This document shows, piece after piece, positions 29,429 to 44,519 of a DNA stretch of 64,000 nucleotides. Both the position numbers and the translations under genes were made by a program. Position 1 is the stretch's first letter; each line of letters opens with the position of its first letter. The DNA is from Obrimoposthia wandeli (Eukaryota). The stretch is from NCBI GenBank assembly GCA_977020255.1, contig CDROCS010005585.1, forward strand, positions 62,001 through 126,000, written 5' to 3'. The notes beneath the pieces were generated by a model. That model did not search any database, was not told the DNA's origin, and was given only the letters and a program-made list of their open reading frames with translations.

Positions 29429-32400
29429 GAAGCGCTCGAGAAAATGTCGCACCACGAAGCTCAATTTTTCTGAGGCGGTGATTGGACAGCAGGAGATTCT
29501 CCCATATCCAGTGGACGACGGGCCAATTCTGTACGAGAGAATACATGTCTCTCCGATCGAGATTAGTCCGCCACCGAGTCAACGACGCCTGCAGGAGACA
29601 TCACCGGCTTCATTGAGTATAAACCAAAATTTGGCCAGGGCTTGGGAGACTGCTTCTTCTCGTCCAACAACCACCCTGAACTTGAATAGGGCCTGGGATG
29701 AAGCTGGATTAGACGAATTGCTAGCGGAACTGGATACTCCGCAACCGGTAATGCTTCCAGATACCTTAAATATTTCGCGTGATCATCTATTAAAAATTCT
29801 ACGAAATATTTGCTGTCCATATCGTGATCATGGTGACCATTGCGCATATAAAAACTGTATAAGTCTATCTTATTATTACTTGACATGTAGATAAACAATT
29901 CTTCTAAATGGAAAATTCATTATTTACAAAATAAAATTTTCATCCAATTACAAATACAAATGAACAATCCTTTTAATTGGAGGAATAAAATATATTAAAA
30001 ATAATATTATCAACCAATAAGAGATAAACAATCCTTCTTAGTGGAGGAATAAATTCAATATTTTCATCCAATAATAAAAGAGCATGTGTGCATAAAATTT
30101 TGTATATAAGCAAACACTTTTTTCATTTCAATTCCCGACTATTAGAAATAATGAATATGGTAAGAAACGTTATTTTTTATTTCTTTATTAATATTTATTT
30201 TTTAGAATACGTGTTCCCTGTTTTCAGCCTATTGTGGTGCTTCGGCTCCGCATGGAGGAGATTCCTGCATCGAGATAATGTCTGCCTACTATCGGACAAA
30301 GTATCAAGGGCGGGTATTCTTCGTCTGCCCCTTCTGCAGAACTATGGAGAAGGAGTTTCGAGACTTCTTCGGTGAACATCGAGATCACCTATCCTGTTTC
30401 ACGGCCAACAAGAAGAAGAGGGATATCGTGCAATTGGTGCGCGATTCGCATGTCGCCACAGCTCCTGCCCCTGATCCAGTTGTAGCCCTTCAACCCGTTT
30501 GTGGTCCTGCGATTGGTCCTTTTCTTCAGTCTCTCGATTATGCAGCTGCCTCATCCACTCAAATGACTAACAATGAGTGAATGAACGACATATCCCCAGA
30601 AGATTTTGAGATGTAGCAGCCTCAATGGAAAGGTTGGGTTAACAATGAGCTGAATTGTCGTTTTATTGAATCTTCATATTTAAATTTTTTGAATATTAAC
30701 AGGAAGTTGGAAATTGACTTAAATGCACAATCTGAGTTCTTCCATATAAGAATTTTTGTAACATTAATTGTTTGCGTCAGTTGATTTTGTATTGTTGCAA
30801 TAGTTTGCTTTTTTAAATATATTGTTCATCAAATTGATAATCGAATTGAATTATTTAATAAATTAATATTATTTAATCGAAGTTTCTAAAATTATTGGTA
30901 ACATTTATAAGCCTTAAAATTCAAACCAAAAATGTCCTCAAGAGCTGCGAAAATAGTCGAAGATGATATTGGGACGCCTGATCAAGTTTTGAATACTAAT
31001 AAATCGGGTATGTATTCGAAGAGTTTCATGTGGATATACAAGTATACACAGATCGAAGCACATTACGCCTGTGTTCCAACGAATCTTTAGATTACACGTT
31101 GAGACTTGTGTTTTTAATCGTGTTATAAATCGTTTATAAATGTAAAGACTGCAACGAAATCTTGTCATTTATTGGTATACTAACATGAAATCACTGGCTA
31201 CGACTAAAATAATGAAGAACTAGTTCTCTCAATGTTTTATTTCTGGCACTGAAGCATTAATGAAGAAGAACAATCTCCCATTCATTATTTTATCATTAAA
31301 AGACAACACTCCAGGACATCCAATCGATCTATACGATGAAAATATGCAAATTATTCTATTACCATCCAATACTACACCACTTATTCGAAGGTTTGATTAC
31401 GGTATTACTGCTTACCATATAAAACAAACTATTTCGAGAGAAAAAAAATCAGTTATATTCAAATAACTCGTTGAGAAAAATTCTTAATTTTGGAATATGT
31501 AAAAATAACAGAATGTGCGATTTGTGAAATAAAATCATCAACTTTAAATGCTTAATGCAAAGTTATCTGGCCTGAGGCAGTTTTCGATATAATTGAGATC
31601 CCATCATTACACATGAATTTTCTCTGATTACGAATAGTTGCTGAGTTTGTTTCCAGTGAATCCAGCGAAAATGATGACTCTGATAATTTAGCTCCATCAT
31701 TTAATTTCAGCACAGCAGAAAATGAATTTTTGCGGCTATAGAGCTAGAAAATTAGTCGCTCGTTAAGGCTGCAGATATGGATCGAAGCAAAAATTTCGGA
31801 AAGAAATTACGAAACTCCATAAATCTGATTTTGTATTTGTTTCTCGCATGTATTGTATACAGTTTTTAAATAAATATTAGATTTTTACACAAGAAATAAA
31901 AACAATAGAGAATATCGGATGATAGTTTGCCGTTGTTTGCCTAGTAATTTTTAGTTGACATTTGACTGACCCAAAAGATTTTGCTGACTACATCGTACAC
32001 TGAACACCATATCTGGAGAATTTTGATAGCTGATACATAATCTTTTTATTTAGGTATTTCACCGGACGTTTTATGAATCCTCTAAATAATCGTGGGATGG
32101 TAACGTTAATCCCCGCATTGATGGAGCTATAAATACAGTGATTGTGTCTGGAATTTTGACATCCGTGATAACCAATGATCTATCTGATTTTAGTTTCTAA
32201 TATAGGCTGGTTTCATCGATATGGTAAATGTCAAAGGGTTTATATCTTTAAAGAATGGTCGGAATCAGTTTTTTTAGGCTCATCAGCCAAAACTTTCGAG
32301 CATATAGAATACTATGCATTCACCGATTGATCCAGCAAAGTGATGCACGGGTTGCTGTAACTTCTGTTTCTTGAAGCCGCAAGGTCCCTCCACCTGAATT

Positions 32401-35400
32401 TGCTGAAGCCAAAACAACATAAATTTATCAGCATATTCGTAATAACATATTCAAATCCCTTTGAAAACATTGTTTATGAATGTATCCGAAAAACTAGAAA
32501 CTAATCAGATCTTGTGTCTCCAAATATGAAATATGGTTGAAATAGAAATATTGGATATTTCAGATTTTTCCTTTTCATTTCTTTGGGGTTTGATTTTAAT
32601 CTACTCAGTGATTTCAAATTTCTCAAAATCAATTGTAACGTGTTTCCTTTTGGACTTTCTAAAGTATAAATAAATTATATATAAAAAAATAATTTTCAGT
32701 TTTCTTATTTGCAAGTTCTTAAAAATGCTAATCACAAAAACTAAATTAAAAAGTATTTTGTTGAAAAAACAAATTGTATTTTTTAAAATAAATATGATAC
32801 ACAAATATTTTGATTGTTAAAATGCGTAATAATATGGTTGAAGTGCATATAAAAAGACTAAAATTACGAAAAATCAATCCGGTTTTAGTGGATTATGTTT
32901 TTTTGAAATTAAATTATAAACCAACAACAGGAAAATAGTTCGTGTACGAAAGTTGATTTGTTTTAAGCTGATAGATGAAGAATTTATAAGAAACTAATCA
33001 AACACATGAAACAGTACGGATTTAGGATTTAGGATTTAGTACGCCAATACAAGCAACCATAATAGCAGCAGAAACGGAACTTCAAAAATATTAAACTTAT
33101 TCCCAAGCAAATTTTTGAAAAATTAAAATCATCCCTGAATTTGATAAAACTCAGAATTCAGAAAAAGTAGCAACAAAATATGGCATTAAATGGTATTAAA
33201 TGGCGCTAAATCAAAAACTATTATCCCTTATGTAAATGAAGACTGATCACTCATGAAGATGTCAAAATACGTTAATCCTCAGATAAATCGTGAAAAAGAG
33301 CTACGTCACAGAAGGTTAAGGTTTTAGTCATTTCATTTGTAGTTCTAGAAGACAATGCAAAACTGAATGATTTAATTGCGGAAAAAATAATCTACGGTGT
33401 ATATGTCCCTGACATAACTCATAGCTTTGTAGTAATAAATTGTGATGTATTTATATGGCATTTATTTAAAATGGCTTCTATTTTTAATTTTGAAAAAAAT
33501 AATTTAGGATTTATGCATAATTTCCTTTCAAAATAAACAGAAATTTTACATAATTCCTCGAAAATATGTTTTATGCATTATTATGCTTATTTCTGCTAAA
33601 GTTTATATCGCTTCACTTTTCCTTGTTATTTGTGTGAATAAAATAATAATTTCTGAACTTGCAAAATTAGTTTGAGAATCTATGTAAGTCTTAATTTGTA
33701 AGATGTAGGTAAGTACGGAACTTTAGTGCAACCTGTTGACCATTAAAATCGAGTATAGGTGTATTAATGTGATAACACAAATTTGATCGACAGTATTCGT
33801 TTAAAGAAAGTAAATACTTATCATTGTTAATAAATATTTTTATTAAGCTAATCTAATCAATGATTTTTTTAAAACTTATTTGTTGATTAAATACAGTTTT
33901 TGAGAATACTTAATAATTGATAACAATTAATACACTGTTTCGTGTTTCTGAAATTGATCAACTATAATAAAAATGAATTTTGCAAAATTTTAGAGACATA
34001 CATGAATTAAATAAAAATAAAATTACAAAATTAAAAATAAATATTAATTTCCAAATGTTGATTTTCAAAGTTTGGACTTGCATATTCAAAAAATGATTTT
34101 CAGTTTTCGTAATTATATATCTATTATAATACAAAGATTCATTCACATTCAAAGAAAAATAAATCCTTTGATGTTCTATTTAACAAGGGTAGTCCATTAA
34201 TATCTCAATAGCTGTTATTTTCATAGCAACTATAATTTCAGCTATTATTTAGTTTAGAGAAGTATAGTTTTCAAATAATTTTCAAATAAATTCATAATTT
34301 TTATACTAATATGTATCTACTTTCCACGACGCAAAACATTTATCCTCTTACTATTCAAAATGAAATTTAATTGAAAGTCGCAATAACGAAAAATAATATT
34401 GAATTAAATTAGTTGGCTGACTTTTATATGAACAAGCATATAATAAGTTAAATATTTTCAAATTATTTCTAGACTCCATATTTCTGTCAATAAATTTGTA
34501 TACTCTGTGATGATTTTTGAATTTTAAGCATTTCTTGGCAATATTTGACAACAGCCATTTTTCTTTTAATGATTTTCCTATTATTTTTTGTGAAACTCAA
34601 TTGCAGAAGACAAATTCAAACTTCTATCGGAGTTTATCAATCACACTGAGAGCAATCATGGTAAACAGTTCAAGAATATTATAAAATATTATGTATAGAG
34701 ACAACTGTTCAACATATCAAAATGGTTACTTTGTATTTGGAAGCCATATCTTAGGGAAATGTATTAGATACATAAAATGTTGCTTAATATTTTCAATGAT
34801 AAGGAAAAAATTACGCAAACAAATTCAAAATTAGAATTTTATCTTTGTTTTGTTTAAAAATGAATAGTTAAAAATTAAGAATCTTTAATACATCAAAATA
34901 TGTATTTGAAGACCACTGAGCCAAAAGCTTTTGACAAATTATCTTCATTAAATTTATTTACATTTGTATTTATTTGTAATTTAATCATATATATTGTAAT
35001 TTTTTATATATAATTTGTATATTTGATTACAAGATTAACTCTTTAATTTTTCAAAACGTCAATAAACATTACTTGTATCAGCTACTTATAAACGTAAGTA
35101 GAGCATATTTAATATTTGTAAACGAGCAAATGAAAATAATGTTTTTTAATAAAAATAGTTATTTGTAACAATAGATACAATCTTACAATGGAATGCAGAC
35201 ATATACGAATACTTAAATATATATATCATTCTTTAAATAACCCAATTTAGACTTTAATGGAAAAATAAGGCAAAAAGAGAAAATGAAGGACTAATTGAAA
35301 ATATAGTAATTATATTAAAAATAAACATGAGTGTATGATTACGCAATCATACGCATCATTGATCTAAAAATCCCTTGACTGGAAAATACCCTCGCTGTAG

Positions 35401-38400
35401 ATATTTATCGTAGACGGCAGCTTGCACTGTGCCTTTGTCCAAGGTTGCTCGCACCAAGTCATTTGCTCCTCTACCGCCCAGTACCCGGAATACATTATTT
35501 TGTTATCTTAAGATCACAGAGGCGTGTGACATAATGCCATATTTGTTTTTTACGATAAATACAGTTTTTGAAATTCGTTTCCATCTTGTTTTGGGTTCTC
35601 TTTTTTGGTCCTTCCTTGCTTTGTGTTTATAAACTTATAAGACACTTATTAGCCACGTACTACGAAATTTTGATGAACCTCTTTGTCAAAAAATACATAT
35701 ATTATTGTTTTAGATCCTTGAATAAAAAATAATAATAAAATATGTCCAGCAAAGATCCATATACAATTTTAAAATACAAATTGACAAAGTATTAATATTA
35801 CAAAAAGTAAAATACAGAAACGTTATGATAAATGTGCCAAATAAATATTGGAAACAAATAAATAAAATTAACGAGCATCAGTAACATACGGGATATTTAT
35901 TCTATCTATCTACAAAAGTGTAAGAAATGATACAATTATAAGTATTTTAAAAACTAAGTTAAATTAGTTTAAAAGATCATAAAGATCGTTCAATTATTCG
36001 GAAAAGTGGTATTACATATATAAAAATTTAGCTTATTAATTATCTGCTGATTCATCGACATATCTGTGTAGAAAAAACAACCTGAACTTTCAATAATGAT
36101 TTGATATCTATTTTAACATCATTAATGCTGAAAACGTAATGTAAGATTTAGTAATTCTCAAAATTTTTCTCTATTTAATATTAGGAATTCTGATTTTTCA
36201 AATTTTCGTTGGCTTCCAGTTATTCAGCTCCACAATTGTTTTTATAATCATCTAATCAATATATAATTTTACACTGGTGTGTTTATCAATTATCCACAAT
36301 CTACATCGAAGAAATAGTTGGGCCACAGTAGATACAGTGTGAAGAAATGTGTACAAAATAGTAGTGGTTCTATCACGGGGCTATTATAGGGTACATCAAT
36401 CTAGATTAGTGGCTAAATTGATTTGCTGTGTCTATTGAAGGTGGAATCTTGAGAAAGAAGGCAGCAGCTCACAAACTGGCCACAATAAATCAAAGAAACA
36501 TCAGACCAAACACAAAAGTTTCTTTTTTACTCGCTTGTCCGAGATTGGGCAGTGGCCTGATAAACACAATTGTCGACTGTTGTCCACCGATAATCTGCGC
36601 CTCATACATAAGTGCACTTTGACGCTGTACATGGATGCCAGGCTCTGTTTATTTCGGCAATAATTGTTTGCACTAAATACACATACACTTTGCAGCCTCT
36701 TGACTTTCATCTGATATTTGTGACTGTGTTGCCTCAAAAATTAATGGACAATAAGTTAAAGATGGTCATATATGAACATTAATAATTTATATGATATTAA
36801 TGTCTTAATCGTAACATATGTTGTAAATGATAATTTAACCACAATATCATTTAGAAGCACAATTTCATACAATAATTTTAAAATGATAGTCATTAGGTAA
36901 GAACTGACGTATTAGGTTTCTGTATATCCTTATAATTAACTGTTTTTTAACTGTAATAAAAATCATCTCACCAAAATCGGATGAAAATTTATCAATATAA
37001 AAATTATTATTCAATTGTTCAACATTATTTTACTAAAAATCACTAGTTCAGATTATTTTTCTTCAATGAAGTACATATATTTAATTTATAGCCGAAATAC
37101 ATGAAAGTTGATAATCAGAAAATTGTGAGTCATAATACCAATATATAATAAATAAGTACATTTTGGTTAGAACGAGCATGACAGTAATTGGCGGATTTAA
37201 TTTGAAAATGTGTTTGTAACAATTTACTATATAACTGAATTCTAATAATAACAAAATACATCATAAGATGCTCAAATTAAGTAATAAACGTGACATAAAT
37301 TGTTACTGATGACACTTTATCAAAATAGGTATTAATTGTTTTGAAAATTATTAAAATTAAGATAGCCAGACCATAATATCTCAGAAATAAAGTATTATTC
37401 AAGTGAGGCAAGATGGCGATTAGAAATGTCGGTGATTTCATTCTTGCCTGGGACTGAATTAATTCAAGTAGCGAACAGTTCCATCCACCATTGTGGTTTC
37501 TGTATGAGAGTGAGTGAATGAGGGACCATCAGCCAGCCCACAAATGATACCACATGCAACAGCACACTGCTTTGTCTCGACGACAATGGAGCAATACACA
37601 GAAAGATAAGTGTCTCTTTCATTCGGTAAAAGCTCCACCACCACCGGTTCGTAATTTTTCCATTAATTATTGAGCTGTTGCTCTATAATTTGTACCAGTT
37701 GCTATTTTCTATTTAAAATTTCTAAATGAATGTTAGTACAATATATAATTCATTTTATTTTTTTCAGTAATATTTCTTTAACTAACTACCTATAGTCTAT
37801 ATATATATATATATGTATTAATCAATCCGTAATGTAATGTGAACTACGTGATAAATTGCAGTAAATTTGTTTTATCGTTTTCATATTATACCAAAAATCA
37901 CCCCGTTTAATTGTATATTTATATAAATTCGTAAGGCTCATATTAATATGACGTCATTTCGGAGTAGGTTGCGAAAAAATTTATGAAATTTCATTATAGG
38001 AAAGGGAGCCTACAAAAACTACTAATATTCTGAAATCATTTTAGTATAGTCCCTAAATTTTATTTTTAATTGATGACATGAATTCAATTCTGATAAAAGT
38101 TTGTTATTCAGTAGATAAAAAAAGTTTCCATAATTTTGTTCAAACCTAAAGTGCAAAATAATATACAATCTCTCTTCTATTTTCAGGTCATCACATATCC
38201 CAAAAGGAAATATTGAGCTAAACTCCACAGTGCTTCTAAGAGTCAAATAATCTCAGTTTTGATCAGACATATTTGACCTATTTTGACACTGATATAAACT
38301 CGTAAGTTAATCCCAATTTCTAAATACTTTCAGTAAAACTGTCTGAAATTTTTTGATTTAAATGATTCTGGCATGACCTAAAGCCCGATCTCTTTGACAG

Positions 38401-38427
38401 TGTCCTCAACCTTTACCTCGTCTCCTG

Positions 38428-38706
38428 ATGAGCCCGGTCACAGACGTGGCCAGGACCAACTCCAGTAACGGTGGATCCTCGAATCCAGTCGCGGATTCCG
38501 CTGACAATCGACCTCCTCGCAAGCATTGGCTGCTGTTGTTGCTAGTTGTGGTGCCTCTGGTGACTTTATGCGGCAATCTCCTCGTCGTCCTCAGTGTCTA
38601 CCGGGAGCGCTCGCTGCGTAATGCCACCAACTACTTCATCGTCAGTCTTGCAGTTGCAGATATTAGTCTTGCCATTTCTGTCATGCCCATCTGCGTGTGG
38701 ATCGAG
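38428..38706 (+). CDS. First coding exon (N-terminus, TM1-TM2) of a biogenic-amine class A GPCR, D2-dopamine-receptor-like
   Basis: GNLLVVLSVYRERSLRNATNYFIVSLAVADISLAISVMPICVWIE, then GT donor (GAG|GTCAGT) at 38707, the conserved D2-type intron position. No downstream exon recognised in the remaining 25 kb. Confidence 0.9.
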
Positions 38707-39289
38707 GTCAGTATCAGTACACTGTGTTAGCTTGACACATTAAATGTTTACTACGTATCGAGCATATTGCACGACAAATAAAACCGATATTATCTTTCAC
38801 ATATCACACTTAACAAAATTAATTTAAATTAAAAATAAATTACCGTATAATGATCAAATTGAGAATATAGTGAACGAATACTGAAAATTTCAAGTAGCTT
38901 AAGGGTTAGGGTTTAATAGCGTAGTCTGTTCATTAAATAAGGAGTCATAGAAGCATTTTAAAGCTGGGACATTAATTTTGTTATCCAAATCTATACAATG
39001 TTTTTTTGCTCATGACACTAGAATATATAACTAATATGAAAACCATATGACTTAAAAGGAATTGTTTTGAACATCTCAGTGTGTAGGTGTATAATCTGGT
39101 ATATGCAAATAAAAACACCCTTCAAACAGTTATGTAATCAGAAACCAGAATTACCTTACTTCCAATCATTTGTTTAAATACTTAATACATTAGTAAAATA
39201 TAAATTGTGTTGTGGAATCTAAGTCTTGAATTATGTCTACGATAGAAAACATAGCTGGGGACCACGCCGAAATAAATGTAGTGAGGAGA

Positions 39290-39860
39290 AGTCAATCAAA
39301 GAAAAATATCTTCTAGACTATGCCAAAAGAGCAAAGAATGATGTGCCAGTATAACGTAAGAAGATACGATGGAATTAGTTCAAAGGAAGGTGAAAATGGT
39401 TAAAGGATATAGGAGAATGGGTTGACGCTAATCAGATTAATATTGGGGATGCATTTGAGTTGCTGTTGTCTGAAGAAGCTGGATTATTATGGAAGAATTC
39501 CAGTGAAAGTTTAAATTCAGAAATCAAAGTCAAAAAATGATTTGAAGAAAATTTTCTAGAAAGGAAATCCATAGTTGACAAAAATTGCGAACTTGCAAAA
39601 GTGAAGCAAGTAGAAGGCGAACGTTTCTCAGCGTTCAGCATTAGAGTGGGTAAACTCGTTGAGGCTATGACAGAAACTAGTGTTAGCAAATATGATCTGA
39701 CTGACGCTTTTATTAAAGATAGAGTAAAAAGTAAAATACTGAAGGTGCAGTTCTTAGTAAAACCGCAGATGCCAAAAGAAGAAATGGCAAAAGTTGATAG
39801 CGAAATTGAGAAAAAGAATACCACAATTGCACATGATCAGAATACATATGCAAATACAGT
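39290..39860 (+). pseudogene. Gypsy-type retrotransposon gag fragment
   Basis: RYDGISSKEG/WLKDIGEWVDAN...LLWKN...LAKVKQVEGERFSAFSIRVGKL resembles a Retrotrans_gag domain; contains a stop and frameshifts. Confidence 0.65.
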
Positions 39861-40124
39861 AAAAAAGAACTGGGTGTGTCGTTTTCGAGTTTTCGTTATT
39901 GCATTCATTAGTTGAGTAGCAGATTTTGTTGTTTCAGGTAACAAACCAGGTACCTCCTTAATCGCATTTTATTTTAGTAGATTCAAAATTAGTTTATAAT
40001 TCATTACTACATTACTACATTTGTAAGTGTTTTTGCACCAATTACTTCTAAACATGATAATATAAGAAAATCAATTTACCCAAACTTTTCTGAATCCATG
40101 CAAACATATATGACACCACTTACA

Positions 40125-41580
40125 CCTCATCCTAACCAGTAAGGCTCCATTATCTAAATTTAGAAGACGATCTAAATTGGGAATTGCAGCATAGTGGAAT
40201 TTGTTATAATGCTCGCCAAAATTAAGTTGACCGGAGTCACCTCATTTTTGCTCCTATATATTACATTTACAAAAGGATTTTAAACATTTCTTTATCTATT
40301 ACATTAGCTGGGAACTCAGTATTATATTTGAATATTCAAGTTATTAAGGTGTTCAAATCTTTATATTGCAGTTAATTTATCAGGAAAGTCTATTCCGCGA
40401 TACTGCAATTCATTTAAAAAGGGTATATTTACTGACACGCTCTCTGTGCTTAGTAATTACATCCCTTTTGAGAATGGCCAACACGATATACAGAAAGCAA
40501 AGGTTATCACTGTTTTGTACGTTAACAGTGGAACATGAAAGTTGAAGAGATCTAGGTGAAGGAATGTATGAACTCCCCAAAAGATATATCATGTCAGAGA
40601 ACTTTATTAGAACAAAGCTAACACCGTGAATTCTAACCCACTACTTAACTCGCTATAATTAGCAATTTTTTCATCTAAATTTCTTATAATTTCAGTTACA
40701 AAATTATCATAGAAAACAGTTGCTTTATGTGAAATTACCCCATTTTTAGGCTCCTCATTGACATTTTTAAACTGCAATCTTGCGCAAAATTGAATCTTAG
40801 CCTGATCTAATTTAGTCACTTTGATTTTAAAAGACTTTCAATATTTGAATCTACACCTACGTTAATAAATTTTTATTTCCAAATGGCACCTTAACTATAA
40901 CATAATTATTATTTAGGTGATACTCTATTTTATTTGTAAATATTTTATTTTTCCAATTATAAGTATTGTTTATCTACATGTCAAGTAATAGTAAAATAGA
41001 CTTATACACTTTTTATATGCGCAATGGTCACCATTATCGCGATATGGACAGCATATATTTCGTGGAATTTTTAATAGATAATCACGTGAAATATTTAAGG
41101 TATTCAATCTCAATTTTGAAAAATATTTTTTTAAAGTCTTATACTTTTTGCATCCATTTCATTTAAAACATAAAAAAATCCATTTTCAATATCAAAATTA
41201 GATTTAATTGTATCGAAATTGTATTTCCTTCTTTCCATTCTAATAAATAAAAATAATTAGTGAGATATAAATTAGTAAATTTTTTCTTATAATCTAAACT
41301 CATAAATGGGATATCTACATGAAATATGAAATGCAACGGATGAAAAACGTCGCATATATCCATAATATATAATTATTTTTTAATATATTCTCCATTTTTG
41401 TTAATGAAAGCCTCAAAGTCTATGAGATATTTTTGCATAATTACCCAAATATGTAGCAAATCCCTTTGTTTATAACGAAAAAAAGAGAAAGCATTAAATA
41501 AAATATATTAAAATATCAAAGTAATCCGTGTTCATTTTTCTCTGTAAAACAAGTACATATTTTCAATTCTCCTATGAATA
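40125..41580 (-). mobile_element. Adintovirus copy 4: deleted fragment (pol N-terminal region joined to the exonuclease gene)
   Basis: 40125-40928 matches 6410-7241 and 40950-41580 matches 8620-9200, same orientation as copy 1, high identity by eye. Confidence 0.92.
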
Positions 41581-44519
41581 TTAAAATAAATGATATAAAA
41601 TGTAATCTTACCTAAATATTTTGAAAGTAAATTACATATTTTATCTGTAACAATTTCTGGAGTATAGTGTTTCGAGAAATAATTTTTTCATAATCTTCCA
41701 TTAAATCTGGAGATAATTTAATGTATAATTTATTCCAATTTATTTTATCATCCATCTTATAAAATACATTATATATAAATTGTTTATATTTTTATGGTTA
41801 TGGATCAAAAGATTTTTTTTTAATTATTTTTTAGAAGAAGGACTCTCTTTAGGTTTAATCAGGCGACCCTGTATTAATATTGCTCGTCAGGTCACTGAAA
41901 GGCACACGTTGACCCTTAGATGGCCTCTCAGACACTTCCCCATTCTGTGGGAGCACTATTATTTATAATGAGTAATATTGAAAAACGTTTTTTACTGATG
42001 TTACAAATACTATGAAACGTAAATTTTTACATATAAACAATACGCTTTTTATATTTACTCAAAATGAAATTGATAAATAGTGCAGTTTTTCAAAGTGTAG
42101 GTCATGTAGCGTAAAATACTTTTTGTTTGTAACCTGTTGAATAGCAAATTATTTATAAATCAATTTATTGAGATTTATTGGCATCAAGGAGGAAGTGGTG
42201 AAGCTGATTTAACTAGTTCAGCATTTCACAATTTGAAAAATGTAACAGTAATTGATGATTTGGATGAACATTGCTCAAAGACTAAAAAGGGTTATGTTAT
42301 CGTGGTATATAATTTGTATCAAGAAACAAATAAAGTAGCAAATTTTTATATCTAGTTTACCAAAATTACACGTATAGAAAGGTTTTTATAAAATGTATTA
42401 CAAAATATTTATTTTATCAAGGGGGAGCTCACAGAACTAGAAATATTAATATTCAATATTTGGTTTTATTTAAAACTCACCAATCAAAATGTTATTGATT
42501 CTGTTGTCACATGCATATCCTCCTATTAAACATGTTCTTGCTGATTTGTTTCACGATGCTTTATTGAACTGAATAGATATTTATTCCTCAACTTTACTCA
42601 AGTAAACATTGTCCCGATAAGTTGCGTTTTTATACCGATTGTTTTAATCCAAATTGATGTGATGCATATAAATAAACACATTATCTAGATTTCTATAAAA
42701 TATGGTTTCTAAAAAGTTTTGAATTACACGTGAAAGCAAGAAAATTAAAAAGTTGACTTCAAATGTTGTATTTCAAAGAAAAATTATTCCATATATAAAT
42801 TTTGCGTTGAGTTCGACCAAAAAAAACGATAATGGATTTTACGTACAAGTGTCAAAATCCTCTATCCAATAATTGTGGTTCCCTTTGTTTGTTATAATTG
42901 AAATTTTAAAAATTGATGTTATATTTAGTAGAATTGCGTAATATTGAAAAATATTTGAAAAATTAGGACATCAAGCAGATCTAGAGTTTGTTCGTAAGCA
43001 CGTGTATTTATTAATTGCAATAAAAATATTTAGTGAAAATCATAAACATCTGCTCCATTAATGGCTTTTATTGATTATAAATCTTTTATGGATTATTATG
43101 GAAATCCAATTATTAAAAAAGTATAATACGCATTGATGATATTTTAAAACCATTGCATTATATAATGGAAACCAATGCACGTGGATCGATTTGGAAGATG
43201 ATACTAGAGAACACAAACATTATTTTACACACTCATGTACATAAATTACATTGGCTTAAGGAAATGATTTAATGCAAAAATTTTGAAACAGCGAAAGGTA
43301 AATATTTTAAACAGAATCTTTCCATTTCTACGAATATCAATTTTAGACATGCTTCGATGTGGAAAGTATTAATCTGATCGCATTACGAACCTGCTTCGTA
43401 ATCATAGAAAGCATTGTGCTTATTGAATATGTTTGAATAAGTTTTGTTATTTGATATATAATCAATAACTATTTTTACTTATGTTTTATTCCTACCGACT
43501 TATTTATCTAACGTATTAAAATACTATATCATTATTTTTTAAAAATTACAATAATTGCATAATCCACAGAATTGGTTTTCAAGGGATTTTTTAGCTATTG
43601 TTGTTAGTCTAAGGTAGACTTCCCTTGTAGAAATTGTCCTAATGTTGACAAGCACGTTCTTGTTTGACTCATGGTTGTAGATTGACCATGTTTCTGTAAA
43701 AAAAATAATAAAGTATAATATATTTACTACTACAGTAATGAAAAATATTCCTATATTGAATAGCCGAGTCTGCTGTTGTTGAAAAATAAGTACATATTAC
43801 CTGGTCTGATGTTGACAGCCAGCCCTTGTTTGAGCAGAAGTTGTCGTTCGATGCTTGTGTTTCTATAATAAATAAATAAATCAATATAAAGTATAATACT
43901 AATAAAGTTACATGTTTTTTAATTCCTATTGCCTGTATGGCGTATTTTATATTTAACAAATGCATAAATCGGAAAATATAACTAATACTTTTGAATACAA
44001 AAAATATATATAAATAAATGAAAAAGCACTTTGTGATTTTTCGTATTTAAATGTGTGAAAAAGAAGCAAAATTCATGATTACATGTCACATTCAATACAT
44101 GAAACTTTTTCCATGTTGGTTTTGAATACTGTCATTTTTAAAATTTCTGAAAATTGACGAATACATGAAAAAAATATAGTTTTATTTATATAAATATAAC
44201 ACGACCTAGACTATTTTAATGTTCTATTATTTCTGTTGTTATCATTGTTTTAAAATTTATTTGATTATTATATAAATTAAAATAAATTATTAATATTATT
44301 ATCAAACATAATCATATTATTAAAACAAAAGAAATAAAAATAATGCTCAAATAATTTAACATTTTAAAAGATAAATTCATATTAAATTAGAATTAAAGTA
44401 TTTATTATTATATGAAAAAAATACTAGTAAAAAGAATTTATTAATTTATAAAAAATTATAAATTCATATTAAATTACGATCCGTAAAATTTTTAGTAAAA
44501 CAAAAGACAAAAAATCAAA

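Larger units (their letters stand above)
26468..32388. repeat. Direct tandem duplication, unit 2960 bp, near-identical
   Basis: 26468-29428 matches 29428-32388 and all ORFs recur at +2960. One difference spotted (27497 T vs 30457 C). Confidence 0.97.

Noticed and set aside
29352-29582. Novel ORF spanning the duplication junction
   Set aside because: Antisense to the accessory remnant and runs into Tigger debris; a by-product of the junction.
33018-33039. (GGATTTA)x3 telomere-like repeat
   Set aside because: Only three units; consistent with slippage.
35360-35540. GC-richer segment with a possible - strand peptide (VFRVLGGRGANDLVRATLDKG...)
   Set aside because: No compatible splice acceptor or start, and no family recognised.
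43100-43450. IHVHW, a possible HUH endonuclease motif on the - strand
   Set aside because: Isolated 5-mer in a stop-riddled AT-rich frame with no Rep motifs I or III.
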